The translations under genes were made by a program, and so were the position numbers. Source: Laetmonice hystrix (taxonomy: Eukaryota). Taken from it: a stretch of DNA of 64,000 nucleotides. The DNA lies in NCBI GenBank assembly GCA_965235115.1, contig OZ249436.1, positions 24,058,001 through 24,122,000 of the forward strand. The letters are read 5' to 3'. The notes beneath the pieces were generated by a model. That model saw only the letters and a list, made by a program, of their open reading frames with translations. It had not been told where the DNA came from and made no database searches. Below are positions 13,269-26,157 of the stretch, one piece after another; the first letter of the stretch is position 1; the number at the start of each line of letters is the position of its first letter.

Positions 13269-15699
13269 TCAGAGTCAGACATTCAGGCCTTGCCTTTGGT
13301 TTTGTCACAGCATAGCCAAACCAGACTCACTGGGACTCTTGACTGAGGAACTGAGGCGATGTCTGCCATCACTTTGACACATCAGGGATAGGAGACTAGG
13401 TAATTACATAGAACGAGTCAATCATTTTAATATTTAATATCAGTTTGTGTTGCCTCCATGTAGGGTGGCTTTTTTAAAAACTTCATCAAATAGCTTCAGT
13501 CTCAGAGTCAGACATTCAGGCCTTGCCTTTGGTTTTGTGGCAGCATAGCCAAACCTGACTCACTGTGACTCTCGACTGAGGAACTGAGGCGAGGTCTGCC
13601 ATCACTTTGACACATCAGGGATAGGAGATCAGGTAATTACATAAGCAGATGAACAAGTCAATCATTTTAATATTTAAGGGGCTCACTGGGGTAAAATCAG
13701 TTTATTTAAACATATTTTTTTATTCTTTTATATTAACAATCACTTCAAGCCAACCACATTTTAATGTTAAAATATATAGGTCACCGACCTACTTTTTGAG
13801 CTATCACCCTTTGAAATTTCCATAGCAACATACCCCAAAGTACCATCTTTACTATGGGGCCCTATGGGGAAAATGGTACCCCATCATAAAAGATCTTAGG
13901 TAAAGTAATGAAAAAATATCTAAACTTTTTTTATTGTTTTATCAAGAAGTATACTAAATTTTGATGAAAATAATATAATGAAATCATGGGGTAACCGATC
14001 TACTTTTTTAGGTATACAGCATTTTACTCCCCATGTATATGTGTACTGGACTCATAACAAACCACGGTTTGGCTCGAGAACAGGTATGATTCACCTGCCC
14101 CACAGGTTATTGAACAATTAAACACAGAATAAAAGTAAAATTTTATACTCAAACTGACAACGATCGAATGCGAGCGCGACATATATATTGGGTGGATAAA
14201 AAAAACGCCCCGAACTTTAAACTTCAATATTTCAAAAAGTAATAATTGTAATTCAATGAAATGTTTCTTCATATCACTTCATGATGTTGTCTCTTAGTTG
14301 TTAATGTTACAACTCAATAGCTTGGATAATATTTCCGTGGCGCTAAAAACAAAAATCATTGTACAAAAGCACAATGCCATACTAAAGCGAGGTGTAGTCG
14401 CACCCAGAGTGCCTCGCCTCACACTCGAGTAGGTGGTCAATCGGTCCCCCGTTTTCACTTCATACTGCTCTCAGTCTCTTTTTTCATGAGCCAATGCACT
14501 TCCTGATCTCTGATAGGGAAACATCTTCCCAACATTGGGAAATATGCAACGTTCTGAATGTGTTGCTAAACGTGATAATGATACGATTTCCCTTGAGCTT
14601 CTGGTTACAGTCATATCATCCTAATGTTGCAGTTTCTGTGTAGGGTTTGGCACATTAAACATCTGTTTTTCTCTAGAAGTACTAGGAATAGCACATAATT
14701 TATTATATCTATAGTCCTGCACCGTAAGTTGGGAACTTGGGAGGTCATCCAGTTCAACCCCCACTTGAAACCCCAGAACATGTTATTATATCGTTCTAGG
14801 TGATAATAGTGTGGGCAGTTAGTCTTAATATTTATGCAAACCCGAATGTTATAAAAATAAATCATTATTTTATAGTTATTTGGTATGGAGAAAACCATCT
14901 TTCCTGCAGCGTATATTTTTAACTTGGGAGGCTGAGCTGTCAAAGTGACCAGTTATAAATAACCACCAGCCCAGCTTAGCTGGCCGTGTAACCTCGGTCA
15001 ACCCCATGTAATTAGGTCACTCATTACCATAATCCGTTGATGCTCTCTTTTTAAACTGAGGTTTCGTATCTTTTGTATCATTTAAATGATAAGATTGGTG
15101 TTAGTATGTTTTGTAGGCATTTCTATATTGGAAATATTCTGGTTTAATTTTTCAGATATGACTTTATAGAAAAAGGTGTTGTTATAAAAGGTTTTCCATA
15201 AGTAGTTAATTAGGTCACACCACATGGTGACCAGTATTTTTACATTTGAATTATTTTTAGTGGTCAACATCTTTATTTCATTTTAGCCACATGGTTTAAT
15301 GTCTAACCAATAGGGAAGACTCTATCATGTCTTTACTAGAAAAACTATTTGTAATTTAATTTGTTCAGGGCGATAATTTTCCCAAACTCACGTTGCTTCC
15401 TGCTCTCTCAGGAGAAGCTATAAATACCACCCACATCTGGAGTTTCTCTCTCTCACGTTTTAGTCAGCCTGGAGTCCACATCCTGTGCGGCTCAGGCCAC
15501 CTTAACTGGACATTCTATTGTGCTTTTCAAACCGGATTCTTACTGTGCCTCAATGGACATCACTTGGACATTCAAATGGATTTGGTGCAAACGGAATTTT
15601 ATGTGAACATTTGAGGAGTAGCCCTCCTTACCACCAGACTCTCCATTTGTGTGCTAGAACAGTTTGTGAACACGTGGTCAACCGATAACCATGTGCCGG

Positions 15700-16032
15700 T
15701 GTCGCGGTCTCAGATCTCCGTGGTCTCAGATCTCCGGGAGGTTAGCTGCATTGCCGTGTGTTCTAGTCTAACTATCCGAAATATCAGCTCTCAGTTGAGT
15801 CACACGTAATAACTCTCATCTCCTCTACGATACTTGGTTTACAGTTTACCTATCCAGACTGTCCTTTAGTCTTGTTTGGAAGAAAACTCCACCGCCCATC
15901 AGCTAGCAGACGACCGGAGGTGTGAGCCCAAACAGCGACTCGCGCGTGCTCACTTAGTCAGATTCAGCATCTAAACAATAGGAAACCATGCCCCCGGAGT
16001 TCTGAGACCAACGGAGATCTGAGACCGCGACA
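15700..16032. mobile_element. Ginger-like MITE (TGT...ACA ends, CCGG target)
   Basis: TGTCGCGGTCTCAGATCTCC / GGAGATCTGAGACCGCGACA flanked by CCGG on both sides; homologous to 42790-43133. Confidence 0.8.
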
Positions 16033-17295
16033 CCGGGTGAGTTCTCTATTTGTTCAGCCAGTGAGTGCAGGTCTACTTATTTCTTAATCCTATCACTTCT
16101 TTCAAATACTCGGCCATGGTTAATCATGCAGTGTTGGTCAGCCCCAAAAAGGTTATAACTAATATTATTTTTTTGTACACCCACGTGTACCTCCAGGGTG
16201 ACGCCATGTTGGATTTGGAGTTAGAACGGTGTCACCCATTTATTATGTATCTGTAACTGTATAACTCATGTAAATAAAGATTAAAGTACGGATGTTCCTT
16301 TAAATGCTCTACCTTGTGTAATTTTTGCTAGCTCTCCTCTTCATCCATACTCCCCACAATCAAACCACACACCATAAACAAAAGTGTTACTCAAAACTAA
16401 ACTCAAAACATAAGGACGAAAGTGGTGGACAACCCTAAGTACAGGACGAAAGTTAGAAAGTGTTATTTTAGAGCGCTGCTGCTCAAAAACCAGTGTACTG
16501 GCCGGGTGTCTTGGGCTGGTAGAGCCGTCAACACGTTTGTTGTCATCGCTTGGGCCAGAGACTGGCCGGCGATAACATCCTCATAATCTGCATTGGCTAC
16601 AATTTTATAGCCTGGGTTCGATCTGTTTGTACTTTCATTGTCACTTGTGACATCATAGTATAGTTAACTACGTATTTTGATACATAATATGTTTCACTGA
16701 CAAAAAGACAGTGCGTGCCTCGTTAAGTCAACTGTGGCTGTGACGTCATAGAGAGGACATGCAGCACAGTCGTGACGATTAACGTAGACTGCACTATTTT
16801 GCAGTCTAGCTCTCGTTTTATTAAAAGATGGATTAAAATACTACAGAAGCAGAGACTTCGAAGGTCAGTAGATAGTCTCAGAAAATTATAGCATTATAAT
16901 ACCTCTGTAAACATCACTGTAGGGCCCCTGATCCTACACAGCTTAGATTGAAGCCTGGCTGTCTAATGATTGTGATATTTAACGTCATAATCAAAGTTTT
17001 GGGAACTTTTAAATTTCCAAACAAAGCTCGCTGTATTCCAAACTATAAGGAATCTCGCTAAAAGAAAGATATCTATGGAGACCTTACGATGTGGGGAATA
17101 ATTCTGGGTACTTTTTTGTATAGGTCGTCGCGACAGATTTTGCATGGCAAGACCGGCTAGGTAGAAAAGTTTTCAGATTTTTTATACTTTTTTCGTGGGT
17201 TTTAAATGGCCATACCAAAAAGAATCCTTAAATCTATTTATTACGTCTCCCCCCAGCTGGGGGAGACGTTTTGTTTTGCACGCTGTTTCTGACCG

Positions 17296-17327
<32 letters not shown>

Positions 17328-18307
17328 GTTTCTTTTATTTTCTTCTTTTTGGAATAACTCGGCCACTGTTAGAGAGGGAGTTATCAAATTTGAAATGGCC
17401 CGACAGAACCTTCTGAAAAATCTTTGTTTCTACTTATAGTGCCATTTGACCTTTGACCTCTTCTGTGGCACGAATGTGCCAACTTGTGCTGTGATCACGA
17501 TAACGCGAGAAAAATAGCCTGAATCGATCCAAAATTGGTATGTCGGCCTTCTTTCATCCGGGGCTTGGACAAGTTCGAAAACCAGTTTGGTTGACCCAGA
17601 ACTTTCAAGATGGCGGCTGATCTAAAAAAAATGGCACGTGCCATTTTTTTGCCAAAGCCATAACTCGGAAAATACTGGCTGGAATAACATCAAATTTGGT
17701 CAGCAGGGTCATATATGTGCCAAATTTAGATTTCCCGGAGGACACGTTCCTGTGACCCCAGATGACCTCTGTGTGACCTTCAACATTTTCGAAGTGGTTG
17801 GGCGCTTACTTGACTTCAGCTCAAAAACTACCGGGGCTAGAAAGTCCTAATTTGGGGAAAAGACAACTGTGGATATTTTCTCGGGATTTTGCTATTTTTA
17901 GCACTTCATGACCTTTGACCTCAGTACCGTGCCAACCTTAGAGAAGCCTTTTATATATCCCAAGCCCCTGACCGTATCTTTATGAAACTTGGTGGAGAAG
18001 AATCTCCAGGTCTTTGCCTACAACCGCTACATTAAGTGTTTTTCTCTACAGTTAATAGTTTCCGACTTATGCGGCTTACACAGCGCGTAAACAACTTGTT
18101 TCTGATTGGCTGTATGCTAACGAGTATCCAGAACTAGCGTGGGAAAAAAAATTCGCCAGCGGGCCCGCTCCCAGTCACTGGCATGTGCGCCTGTTCTCAG
18201 CCGTTGTCCCTGGCAACTCCCGCCAATCCCCAGTCAGGCGTCCTTCTCAGCCGTGGTAACTCCCCCCCCCAAACCCCTATACACGGGCCGGCCGCCCGTC
18301 CCCCACC

Positions 18308-18545
18308 TATGGAATACCGGCGACGACATGCGAGATGCGAGACAGTGTGTTTGGGTTAGGGTAAAGGTTAGGCCTACTGTTAGTGTTAGTTTTCACTTTA
18401 GCCCCAAAATTATTGTTAAATAGGCACTAATTGAGCAGTGGATCGTGATGTCGGTGTCAATAAGAAACATTCTATGTGCTAAATTGACACTGTTCGGTTC
18501 CATGTCGCTTCTCGCATCTCGCATGTCGTCGCCGGTATTTCCATA
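18308..18545. mobile_element. MITE with about 35-bp TIRs and an internal GGGTTA-like motif
   Basis: TATGGAATACCGGCGACGACATGCGAGATGCGAGA and its inverse at 18510-18545. Confidence 0.7.
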
Positions 18546-18679
18546 CCCCACCACCGCAGATCCCACAACTGAGTTACATAACACTTCCACACTCCACCAA
18601 CAACCACCAACTCCTTTACCACAGCCAGCACATCGCACACACACACCCACACCCCTACCCACATACATACATACCTTAT

Positions 18680-19400
18680 CGTCATCGGTATTTTCAGCTA
18701 GCAGTAACTTGGCAATACAGCCAGATAGGCCCATAGTTACTATTGAAGACAGATAGGAGTCATATATGGCCTTTAAAATGACACCATTTTTATTTAGGTC
18801 ACGTGACCCTACGTGACTCTATGACGTCATCAGTATTTTCAATTAGCAGTAACTTGGAAATAGAGCCAGATAGGCCCATAGTTACTATTGAAGACAGATA
18901 GGAAGTCATTATGGCCTTAAAAATGACACAATTTTTAATTAGGTCACGTGACCCTACGTGACTCTATGACATCATCGGTATTTTCAATTAGCAATAACTT
19001 GGAAACAGAGCCACATAGGCCCATAGTTACTATTGTAGACAGATAGGAAGTCATATATGGCCTTTAAAATGACACCATTTTTAATTAGGTCACGTGACCC
19101 TACGTGACTCTATGACATCATCGGTATTTTCAATTAGCAATAACTTGGAAACAGAGCCAGATAGGCCCATAGTTACTATTGTAGACAGATAGGAAGTCAT
19201 ATATGGCCTTTCAAATGACACCATTTTTAGTTAGGTCACGTGACCCTACGTTGCCCTATGACGTCATTGGTATTTTAAGATGGCTGTAACTTAGAAACAG
19301 AGCCAGATGGGTCCATGGTTCCTATTAAACTCATATGAAAAATCATATATGAGTTTTCAATTTACGTCAATTTAAATGCTGTCACGTGACCCCATCTGGC
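18680..19400. repeat. Tandem array, about 145-bp unit x5
   Basis: CCAGATAGGCCCATAGTT recurs near 18721, 18866, 19011, 19157 and 19303. Confidence 0.9.
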
Positions 19401-19409
19401 TTAATGACC

Positions 19410-20355
19410 CTTTTTAGGTAATTTTCAACCAAAGATCAGTGATATCTCGAAAACGGTTAAAGATATCAATGTCTGGGTTTCACCTTTGGGTTTAGCATAA
19501 AAAACTTGACCCATCCTCAGCGAATTTGAAAAATCCAAGATGGCGGCCAAGTTGACCTAATTTCCAATTTCAGCACCATTGGATTGGGTAATAGGTCCAC
19601 TATCTCTGACACCGAGATGGCTCCCCTAAATTCGATAGTTTCCATCTTATGGCCCCTCAAAGTTGGCCCTTTTATGTTATTTTCAACCAAACATCAGTGA
19701 TACCTCGAAAACGGTTAAAGATATCAATGTCTGGTTTTGACCATTGGGTTTGGGATGAAAACCTTGAACCATTTTCCCTGAATTTGAAAAATCCAAGATG
19801 GCGGCCAAGTTGACCTAATTTCCGATGTTAACACCATTGGATTAGGTAATAGGTCAGCTGTCTCTGACACCGAGATGGCTCCCCTAAAATCAATAGTTTC
19901 CAAGTTATGGCTCTTCAAAGTTGGCCCTTTTAGGCCATTTTCAACCCAAAATCAGTGATATCTCTAAAACGGTTAAAGATATCAACGTCTGGTTTTCACC
20001 ATTGGGGTTAGGATGGAAAACTTGACCCATTTAAACTGAATTTGAAAAATCCAAGATGGCGGCCAAGTTGACCTAATTTCCGATTTTAAAACCATTGGAT
20101 TGGGTAATGGGTCAGCTGTCTCTGACACCGAGATGGCTCCCCTAGAATCAATAGTTTCCAAATTATGGCTCTTCAAAGTTGGCCCTTTTAGGTCATTTTC
20201 AACCCAAAATCAGTGATATCTCTAAAACGGTTAAAGATATCAACGTCTAGTTTTCACCATTGGGGTTAGGATGGAAAACTTGACCCATTTGAACAGAATT
20301 TGAAAAATCCAAGATGGCGGCCAAGTTGACCTAATTTCCGATTTTAACACCATTG
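19410..20355. repeat. Tandem array, 258-bp unit x about 3.7
   Basis: AAACGGTTAAAGATATCAA recurs near 19451, 19709, 19967 and 20225. Confidence 0.9.
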
Positions 20356-22383
20356 ACTGGTGAATGGGATACCTGTGCCCTGGGCACCTCGCAACTAGTT
20401 ATTCTTTTCTTTCGCATAGAAAATCTGCCATAGCTATATCATTGCTTTTGCAACACACTACTTTCATACTAATTAGTCCTCTCTCAAAAATTATATGATG
20501 TCATTACTTTAAAAAAGGGGAGACGTCCTGTTCGGACTGAACAATTTCTAGTTAAATTTCATACTGGACAAAAGCCGAATATCTCTAGTTTTTTTGCAAC
20601 AATTTCCATGCGAATTGATTCATTATTACTACCGCGAGCATGTTTTGAAGCACCCAAGGTCAGAAAAACTAAGCTTTTAGTCCCCAAATTATGGTGCAGG
20701 ACTATAGTGGTCCACAATGATATACTGTAAAACATGCAAAAACTAAATATTGAAAATGTTTTTACCCAAGGTACAATGCGGTGCATCAAACAGGTATCAA
20801 ATTGGATACCTGCCAGCTGCATGATATCTAATTCCGGCACTGCGTTTTTAAACACTGATTTTTGTTTTTAGTGCCACGGGATTAATATCAAAACTATTGA
20901 GCTGAAACTTTAACATACCAGAGATAATATCATGAAGTGATATTAAGAGAAATTTTATTGAATTATAATGCATAGTTTTTGAAATATTAAGTTTGGGGCG
21001 TTTTTTTTATCCACCCGATACAAGGTCCTATATCCCTCTCAAATACCATTACCTTACGGGTGCTATCACTGAAAGCCCCGAGCGTTAGCGAAGGGGTTTA
21101 TGAAATGTTCTGAATTTAAAATGGAGAAAAAATACGAGACAAAGTAGAGCATTTTATTGAGAGAGAAAAATAATCAACCGAGTGGTGCTATCAATAAACC
21201 CCCTCGGTAACGCGGTAAGACTGGTATTACTGTCATGTGAAGGTTCTGTTCATGCTAAAAGTCAAAACCATACTGGATATGTGAGAACACACATGAGAGT
21301 CAGAGCTAAGTAACTACAGTTGTTTCATCACAGTGAACAACACGTGTGTCAGCAAGTGGTTTTTAATGCGTGGTGCAGTCCCAACTTTGGACATCTGTCG
21401 CACCCTCAAATGTAAAAATTCCGCTAAATGTAAAAACGCTGTCATATGTAACAAATATTTACGACAAATGTGAAAACGTCCGTCAAATATGAAAATTACC
21501 GCATATGTAAAAACTACCTTCCGTCAAATGTAAAAAGAAATTACGCTAAATGTGAAAAAAATATTTTACTACATATGTGAAAAACTTTTACGTCAAATGT
21601 GAAAATCCGACTCTCTGTTTAAGACTTTGCTTCCAGTGGCGGATCCAGCGGGGGGGGGGGGGGCCCAGCTGACTTCAGGGTTATCATTTTTCAGTGTGTC
21701 TACGGCGTACCTAAGAGGTTTTATACATACATTAAGTTGCCCGTTGCAAAATCCTGGATGTCGCCCCCCCTCCCCCCAGTTGCAAAATCCTAGACATAGC
21801 CCCCCCCCCCCCCCAGTTGCAAAATCCTGGATCGATCCCTGGCTTCCCCCTCAGTTTTCTTACACTGATCACCGTTGATATGTCGTATGACCCACTGTTG
21901 CATATTATTGGCAATGACCCCCAGCAAACTCGTCCGGTAGAGTTTTTTGGGGCTGATAGTAACAGCGCAGTGTGATCGGTTAGTTTTGCAGTATTGCATG
22001 CCAGGAAGCAGGAAGCAGGACTAAAGGCTCAGGACTGAAACTTTGAAAGTATTCCTCTTGAAGGTGTTCGCTTAGGATTTATTTTTAAACTGTAGCTTAA
22101 AGGAAATATGTCATGGGGGGGGGGGTATCGACCGAAATCTTCAGTTTTCTGCTTACCTGCTCACCACTGACGTACTTTATGGCACTGATTGTTGTTTTTC
22201 ATATTGATTCTGTTAACACATTTTTTTTTTTTTTTTTTTTTTTTTATACATTTTTTTTTTTTTTCTACATTGATATACAATATGTACAATATACAATACA
22301 CATACACAAGTACACATACATGACATGCAGAGACAACAGAGTTATAAAACAAAAGGTATTATACGGCAGCTGGTGTACAAAAA

Positions 22384-25300
22384 TTAAATATTAATATTAA
22401 TATGTTCTAGTGCAGTCCAAAGGGTTCCCCATTTGTCTATAAACCTATGTATTTTGTTCATGTTAATCGTTATTTCCATTTCAACTTCTAATTCGTACCT
22501 CAGTTTCTTTAAAAAAGCTGGAAGTGTCGGCGCCTGTTCCCTTAACTTTGATTGGTAAATATAATATTTTCCTAATAGCACTACTCCATTCCACGCTGTC
22601 ACATGTGGACTGTAGAGCAGGTTTCCGAAAATGACATGCATTTCCGAAATTTCCATTTTGTCATCTATAATATTATTGAACCAGTGTTTCACCTGTTCCC
22701 AAAAAGCGTTAACTCTCTCACATCTATATAGCATATGGGCAATTGTCTCTTTCTCCCCGTCACAAAAGGTGCACAAGTCACTGTCCTTCAGACCCATTTT
22801 AAATAGAACTGGATTTAATACTACCGCATTGTGGAGTACTTTGTATTGAAATTCTGTTATCTTTTTGTTTTTCCATAAAGTGCCGTATAAGGTATAAATC
22901 TTCTTCCAAGTTTCGTCCTTTATATGATACTCTACATTGTATTTCTTCTTTCCCGCTGATTCCCGACATAACTTCTTTTGTATTAACATTCTGTATATTA
23001 TTTTTGTTGACGTAGTCTCCAAAACATACGATACTTTCTTATCCCCAATTTTCCCGCTTAACACCAAACCATTTAATGCACTGTCTACAGGTGTTTCGGG
23101 GCTTGCAGGTGTTGCCTTCTGTTTTAAAACTGCGCTTACTAAGCCTCTCCATAACATATAGTATTTTTTTTCAACACCTCTATTACGCCACACTTCAAAG
23201 GGGATAGTCTTACCATCTTTAAACAAATCTTCAGGGTACCAGATGCCACCTTGAAACATGCTTCTATTAAAAACTGGGTTTTTGTTTATTGGTATGGCGT
23301 TGTTATTCCATATAAATTTTCTGTTAAACTGGGACACTTTAAACCAGTTTCTCATTATTTCTTGGTGAAAGGGTGGTAGATGTTTTAGACTTCTCATGTC
23401 AAGGTTGCTATGTACTAAGATTTGTATACCCCCATGCGCAGTGAAAAAATGATTGAATACTACTTTCCAATGATGCTCCATACCGAAGAAATACCGTTGC
23501 AAACATCTGATTCTGGTGGTTTCAATGCGGGTTTCTAGATCTAACATCTTTTGACCTCCTTCTTCATATTCACCAAACAGAACCTCTCTTCTAATTTTTC
23601 CCCTTTTTTTCCCTTTCCATATAAAATTCCAGATAATATCATTTACTGACTCAATTATATGTTTCGGCACAGTCAGAACAGACATTATATATTCGAATTT
23701 AGACAGTCCTAGACTTTTGCTTACTAGTATTCTGCCATTTAATGTTAAATCTCTCATTTTCCACATATTCAGGGTACTTTTCAAAGAAAGCACCTTTGAT
23801 TCATAATTCGCCTTCGCCATATACTGTCTATCGTGACTAACATGAACTCCTAAAATTTTGATGGATGCACTCCACTTCACTCCCAAGGGCTTGTCTATGT
23901 TGTTTTGTGCACTTCCAAGCCACATTGCTTCCGTCTTGTCCATATTGATTTTTAAGCCAGAACACTTTTGAAACTCTTTCACTAGTTGTAAGAATACCTT
24001 GGCTGATAATATATCTCCAAAAAGACCACTAGTATCATCCGCATATAGCGCTAACTTCATTTCGGTATCCCCTAGAATTATTCCTCTAATTTCCTTTTCT
24101 TCCCTGACCACATGTGCTAGCACTTCTATAGCTAAAATGAATAGGTATGGGGACAGAGGGTCCCCTTGTCGTACGCCCCTTTGTAGCTTAAAGTACCCTG
24201 AGGTGTAACCATTATTGATAGTGCATGCTGAAATCTCAGTGTAAAAGGTCTTGACCCATTTTATGACACCTAGGCCAAAATTGAAATTTTCCATCGTTTT
24301 TAACATAAAATTCCAATTTAATGAATCAAAAGCCTTTTCGAAATCGATACCGAGCAATACTCCAGGAGTTTCTTCTGTGTCCATATATTCCATTACATCT
24401 AAAATTTGGCGTATATTGTCTCCAATATATCGTCCGTCTACATAGCCCGTTTGATTATGGTGTATAATTTTGGGTAAAACCTTTTTTATTCTGTATGCTA
24501 TGACTTTTGTCATTATCTTATAGTCTGTATTTAAAAGGGAGATGGGGCGCCAGTTTTTCAGCATAAGCCTATCCTTTCCTTTGTCAATCAGGGTAATAAC
24601 TGCTTGTCTTTGTGATACCGTCAAAAGTTGCTTCTCATAACCGTTGTTATAACATGGTATTAATATTTGTTTAATGTCATCCCAAAAGTATTTATAAAAT
24701 TCTATTGTAAGACCATCATTGCCTGGTGATTTGTTATTTTTAAAAGTTCTCATGACGGTTTTGCATTCTTCTTCTGTTATCTTTCCTTCACAGCTGTCTT
24801 TTTGTTTTTCCGAGAGCTTTGGCAAGAATTTGGGGTTGAAGAATTTGTCATTTGTAATTTCTAAATGACTGTTGTCATTCTCGCTGTACAGTTTCTCGTA
24901 AAAGCGTTTTTCTTCTGATAAAATCTGTTTTGGATCTGTTGTTAATTCACCTGTTGCCATCTTCAATTTTCTTATATGTTTTTTAATGAAATTTCTTTTT
25001 TCTAAGCTCATGAAATACTTCGTGCTTTTTTCTCCATGCTCATGCCATCTTGCTTTAGCTCTCAGAATTGTACCTCTTGCTTTTAACATACTGATATTTT
25101 CTATCTCCTTCTTTGCTTCTTCATATTCTAATAGATTGCCCTCAGCTAAGTTTTCTTCAAGTTCTCTCACTTTTGCCAATAATTCATCCTCTCTATCCTT
25201 TTGTCTCTGCGTGCGTTTTTTTGAGTACAATATCGTTTCTTGTCGTATCTTATATTTAATAAATTCCCATGCCTGAGTAATGTCTTCTACCTCTTTCAAA

Positions 25301-26157
25301 TCCTGTCTCCATAAGCAGAGCTTTTGTTTCATCATGTTTGTATACGCTGGATCGGATATTAAACTGGAATTGAATTTCCAGTATCCTTTTCCTCTGGGTT
25401 GTTCCTCCGTCTGGTCTAAAGTTAAAGTTATCGCTGAGTGATCGGTGTATTTTGCCGGCGTTATATCTACCGAATTAACATTATCATATACATTTCTTGA
25501 CAGTAGAAAGAAATCTAACCTGCACTGTATCAAAGGCGATTTTTGTCTCCAGGTGTACCTTCTTGTATCTGGATTCTTTAATCTCCAGACATCGTCAACT
25601 TCATATTGTTCTTTAATATCATTTATTTCTTTTATAACCCGTTCTTTGAGATTTATGTTACCACCGCTTTTGTCTATTTGTTGTTGTATAATATTAAAGT
25701 CCCCTCCCATTATTATCTTTGACTCCGGTCCAACATCCATTTTTTCCAACAGGTTTCTTATGCTTTGAAAAAATTGGATTTGCTGTGGTTCCTGGTTAGG
25801 AGCATAAATATTCAGGATAGTAAATTCTTCATCGTTTATCTTCACTTTTAAAAGTACATATCTTCCATTAACATCTATATCCTCGCTCTGTATCATAAGA
25901 TCTAAACCTTTTCTGATCAAAATCATAGTGCCTCTACTGTGATTGGTTCCATGACTAGTTTTCATGACACCCTCCCACTCATTTCTCCATATGTGTTCTA
26001 ATTCCTGAGTACTAAAAGTTTCCTGAAGCAATGCAATGTCCGCTTTTTCCTTTTCGAGCCAAGTAAAAACTGCACTTCGAACTTTCTTGTCATTCAAACC
26101 TTTAACGTTAACTGATAGGAACTTAATATTTTTATCCATTTCCCTTTTCGTATACAC
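22384..26157 (-). CDS. L1/Tx1-type ORF2 (APE endonuclease, reverse transcriptase, C-terminal zinc finger), intact 1257 aa
   Basis: Endonuclease motifs NVKGL, LQET, GGDFN, RLDFFL, TDHSAI; RT motifs SPGNDG, NWRPISLLN, DFEKAFD, GVRQGDPLSP, YADD; zinc finger CTFC...HMLYRC. Confidence 0.95.
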   Translation of the reverse strand: MYTKREMDKNIKFLSVNVKGLNDKKVRSAVFTWLEKEKADIALLQETFSTQELEHIWRNEWEGVMKTSHGTNHSRGTMILIRKGLDLMIQSEDIDVNGRYVLLKVKINDEEFTILNIYAPNQEPQQIQFFQSIRNLLEKMDVGPESKIIMGGDFNIIQQQIDKSGGNINLKERVIKEINDIKEQYEVDDVWRLKNPDTRRYTWRQKSPLIQCRLDFFLLSRNVYDNVNSVDITPAKYTDHSAITLTLDQTEEQPRGKGYWKFNSSLISDPAYTNMMKQKLCLWRQDLKEVEDITQAWEFIKYKIRQETILYSKKRTQRQKDREDELLAKVRELEENLAEGNLLEYEEAKKEIENISMLKARGTILRAKARWHEHGEKSTKYFMSLEKRNFIKKHIRKLKMATGELTTDPKQILSEEKRFYEKLYSENDNSHLEITNDKFFNPKFLPKLSEKQKDSCEGKITEEECKTVMRTFKNNKSPGNDGLTIEFYKYFWDDIKQILIPCYNNGYEKQLLTVSQRQAVITLIDKGKDRLMLKNWRPISLLNTDYKIMTKVIAYRIKKVLPKIIHHNQTGYVDGRYIGDNIRQILDVMEYMDTEETPGVLLGIDFEKAFDSLNWNFMLKTMENFNFGLGVIKWVKTFYTEISACTINNGYTSGYFKLQRGVRQGDPLSPYLFILAIEVLAHVVREEKEIRGIILGDTEMKLALYADDTSGLFGDILSAKVFLQLVKEFQKCSGLKINMDKTEAMWLGSAQNNIDKPLGVKWSASIKILGVHVSHDRQYMAKANYESKVLSLKSTLNMWKMRDLTLNGRILVSKSLGLSKFEYIMSVLTVPKHIIESVNDIIWNFIWKGKKRGKIRREVLFGEYEEGGQKMLDLETRIETTRIRCLQRYFFGMEHHWKVVFNHFFTAHGGIQILVHSNLDMRSLKHLPPFHQEIMRNWFKVSQFNRKFIWNNNAIPINKNPVFNRSMFQGGIWYPEDLFKDGKTIPFEVWRNRGVEKKYYMLWRGLVSAVLKQKATPASPETPVDSALNGLVLSGKIGDKKVSYVLETTSTKIIYRMLIQKKLCRESAGKKKYNVEYHIKDETWKKIYTLYGTLWKNKKITEFQYKVLHNAVVLNPVLFKMGLKDSDLCTFCDGEKETIAHMLYRCERVNAFWEQVKHWFNNIIDDKMEISEMHVIFGNLLYSPHVTAWNGVVLLGKYYIYQSKLREQAPTLPAFLKKLRYELEVEMEITINMNKIHRFIDKWGTLWTALEHININI

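Larger units (their letters stand above)
17237..20553 (+). mobile_element. Helentron-associated (DINE-1/HINE-like) non-autonomous element with central tandem repeats
   Basis: 5' ACGTCTCCCC...GGGGAGACGT inverted repeat; (CTTT)n microsatellite; central arrays; 3' subTIR GGGGAGACGT; hairpin TGTTCGGACTGAACA; ends CTAGTT. Confidence 0.7.
14712..20704. mobile_element. TA-flanked TIR element B nested in element A
   Basis: TAGTCCTGCACCGTAAGTTGGG / CCCAAATTATGGTGCAGGACTA; the empty site tatcTAgtgg is seen in the copy near 40281-40290. Confidence 0.75.
14188..21018. mobile_element. Tc1/mariner-like non-autonomous element A, expanded by nested insertions
   Basis: TIR (T/C)GGGTGGATAAAAAAAACGCCCC at both ends with TA flanks; outer parts are colinear with the compact copy at 39763-40616. 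Confidence 0.8.

Noticed and set aside
14987..16390. Additional solo LTR (TGTAAC start, TATA-like and AATAAA motifs)
   Set aside because: No terminal CA, no TSD and no second copy in the window.
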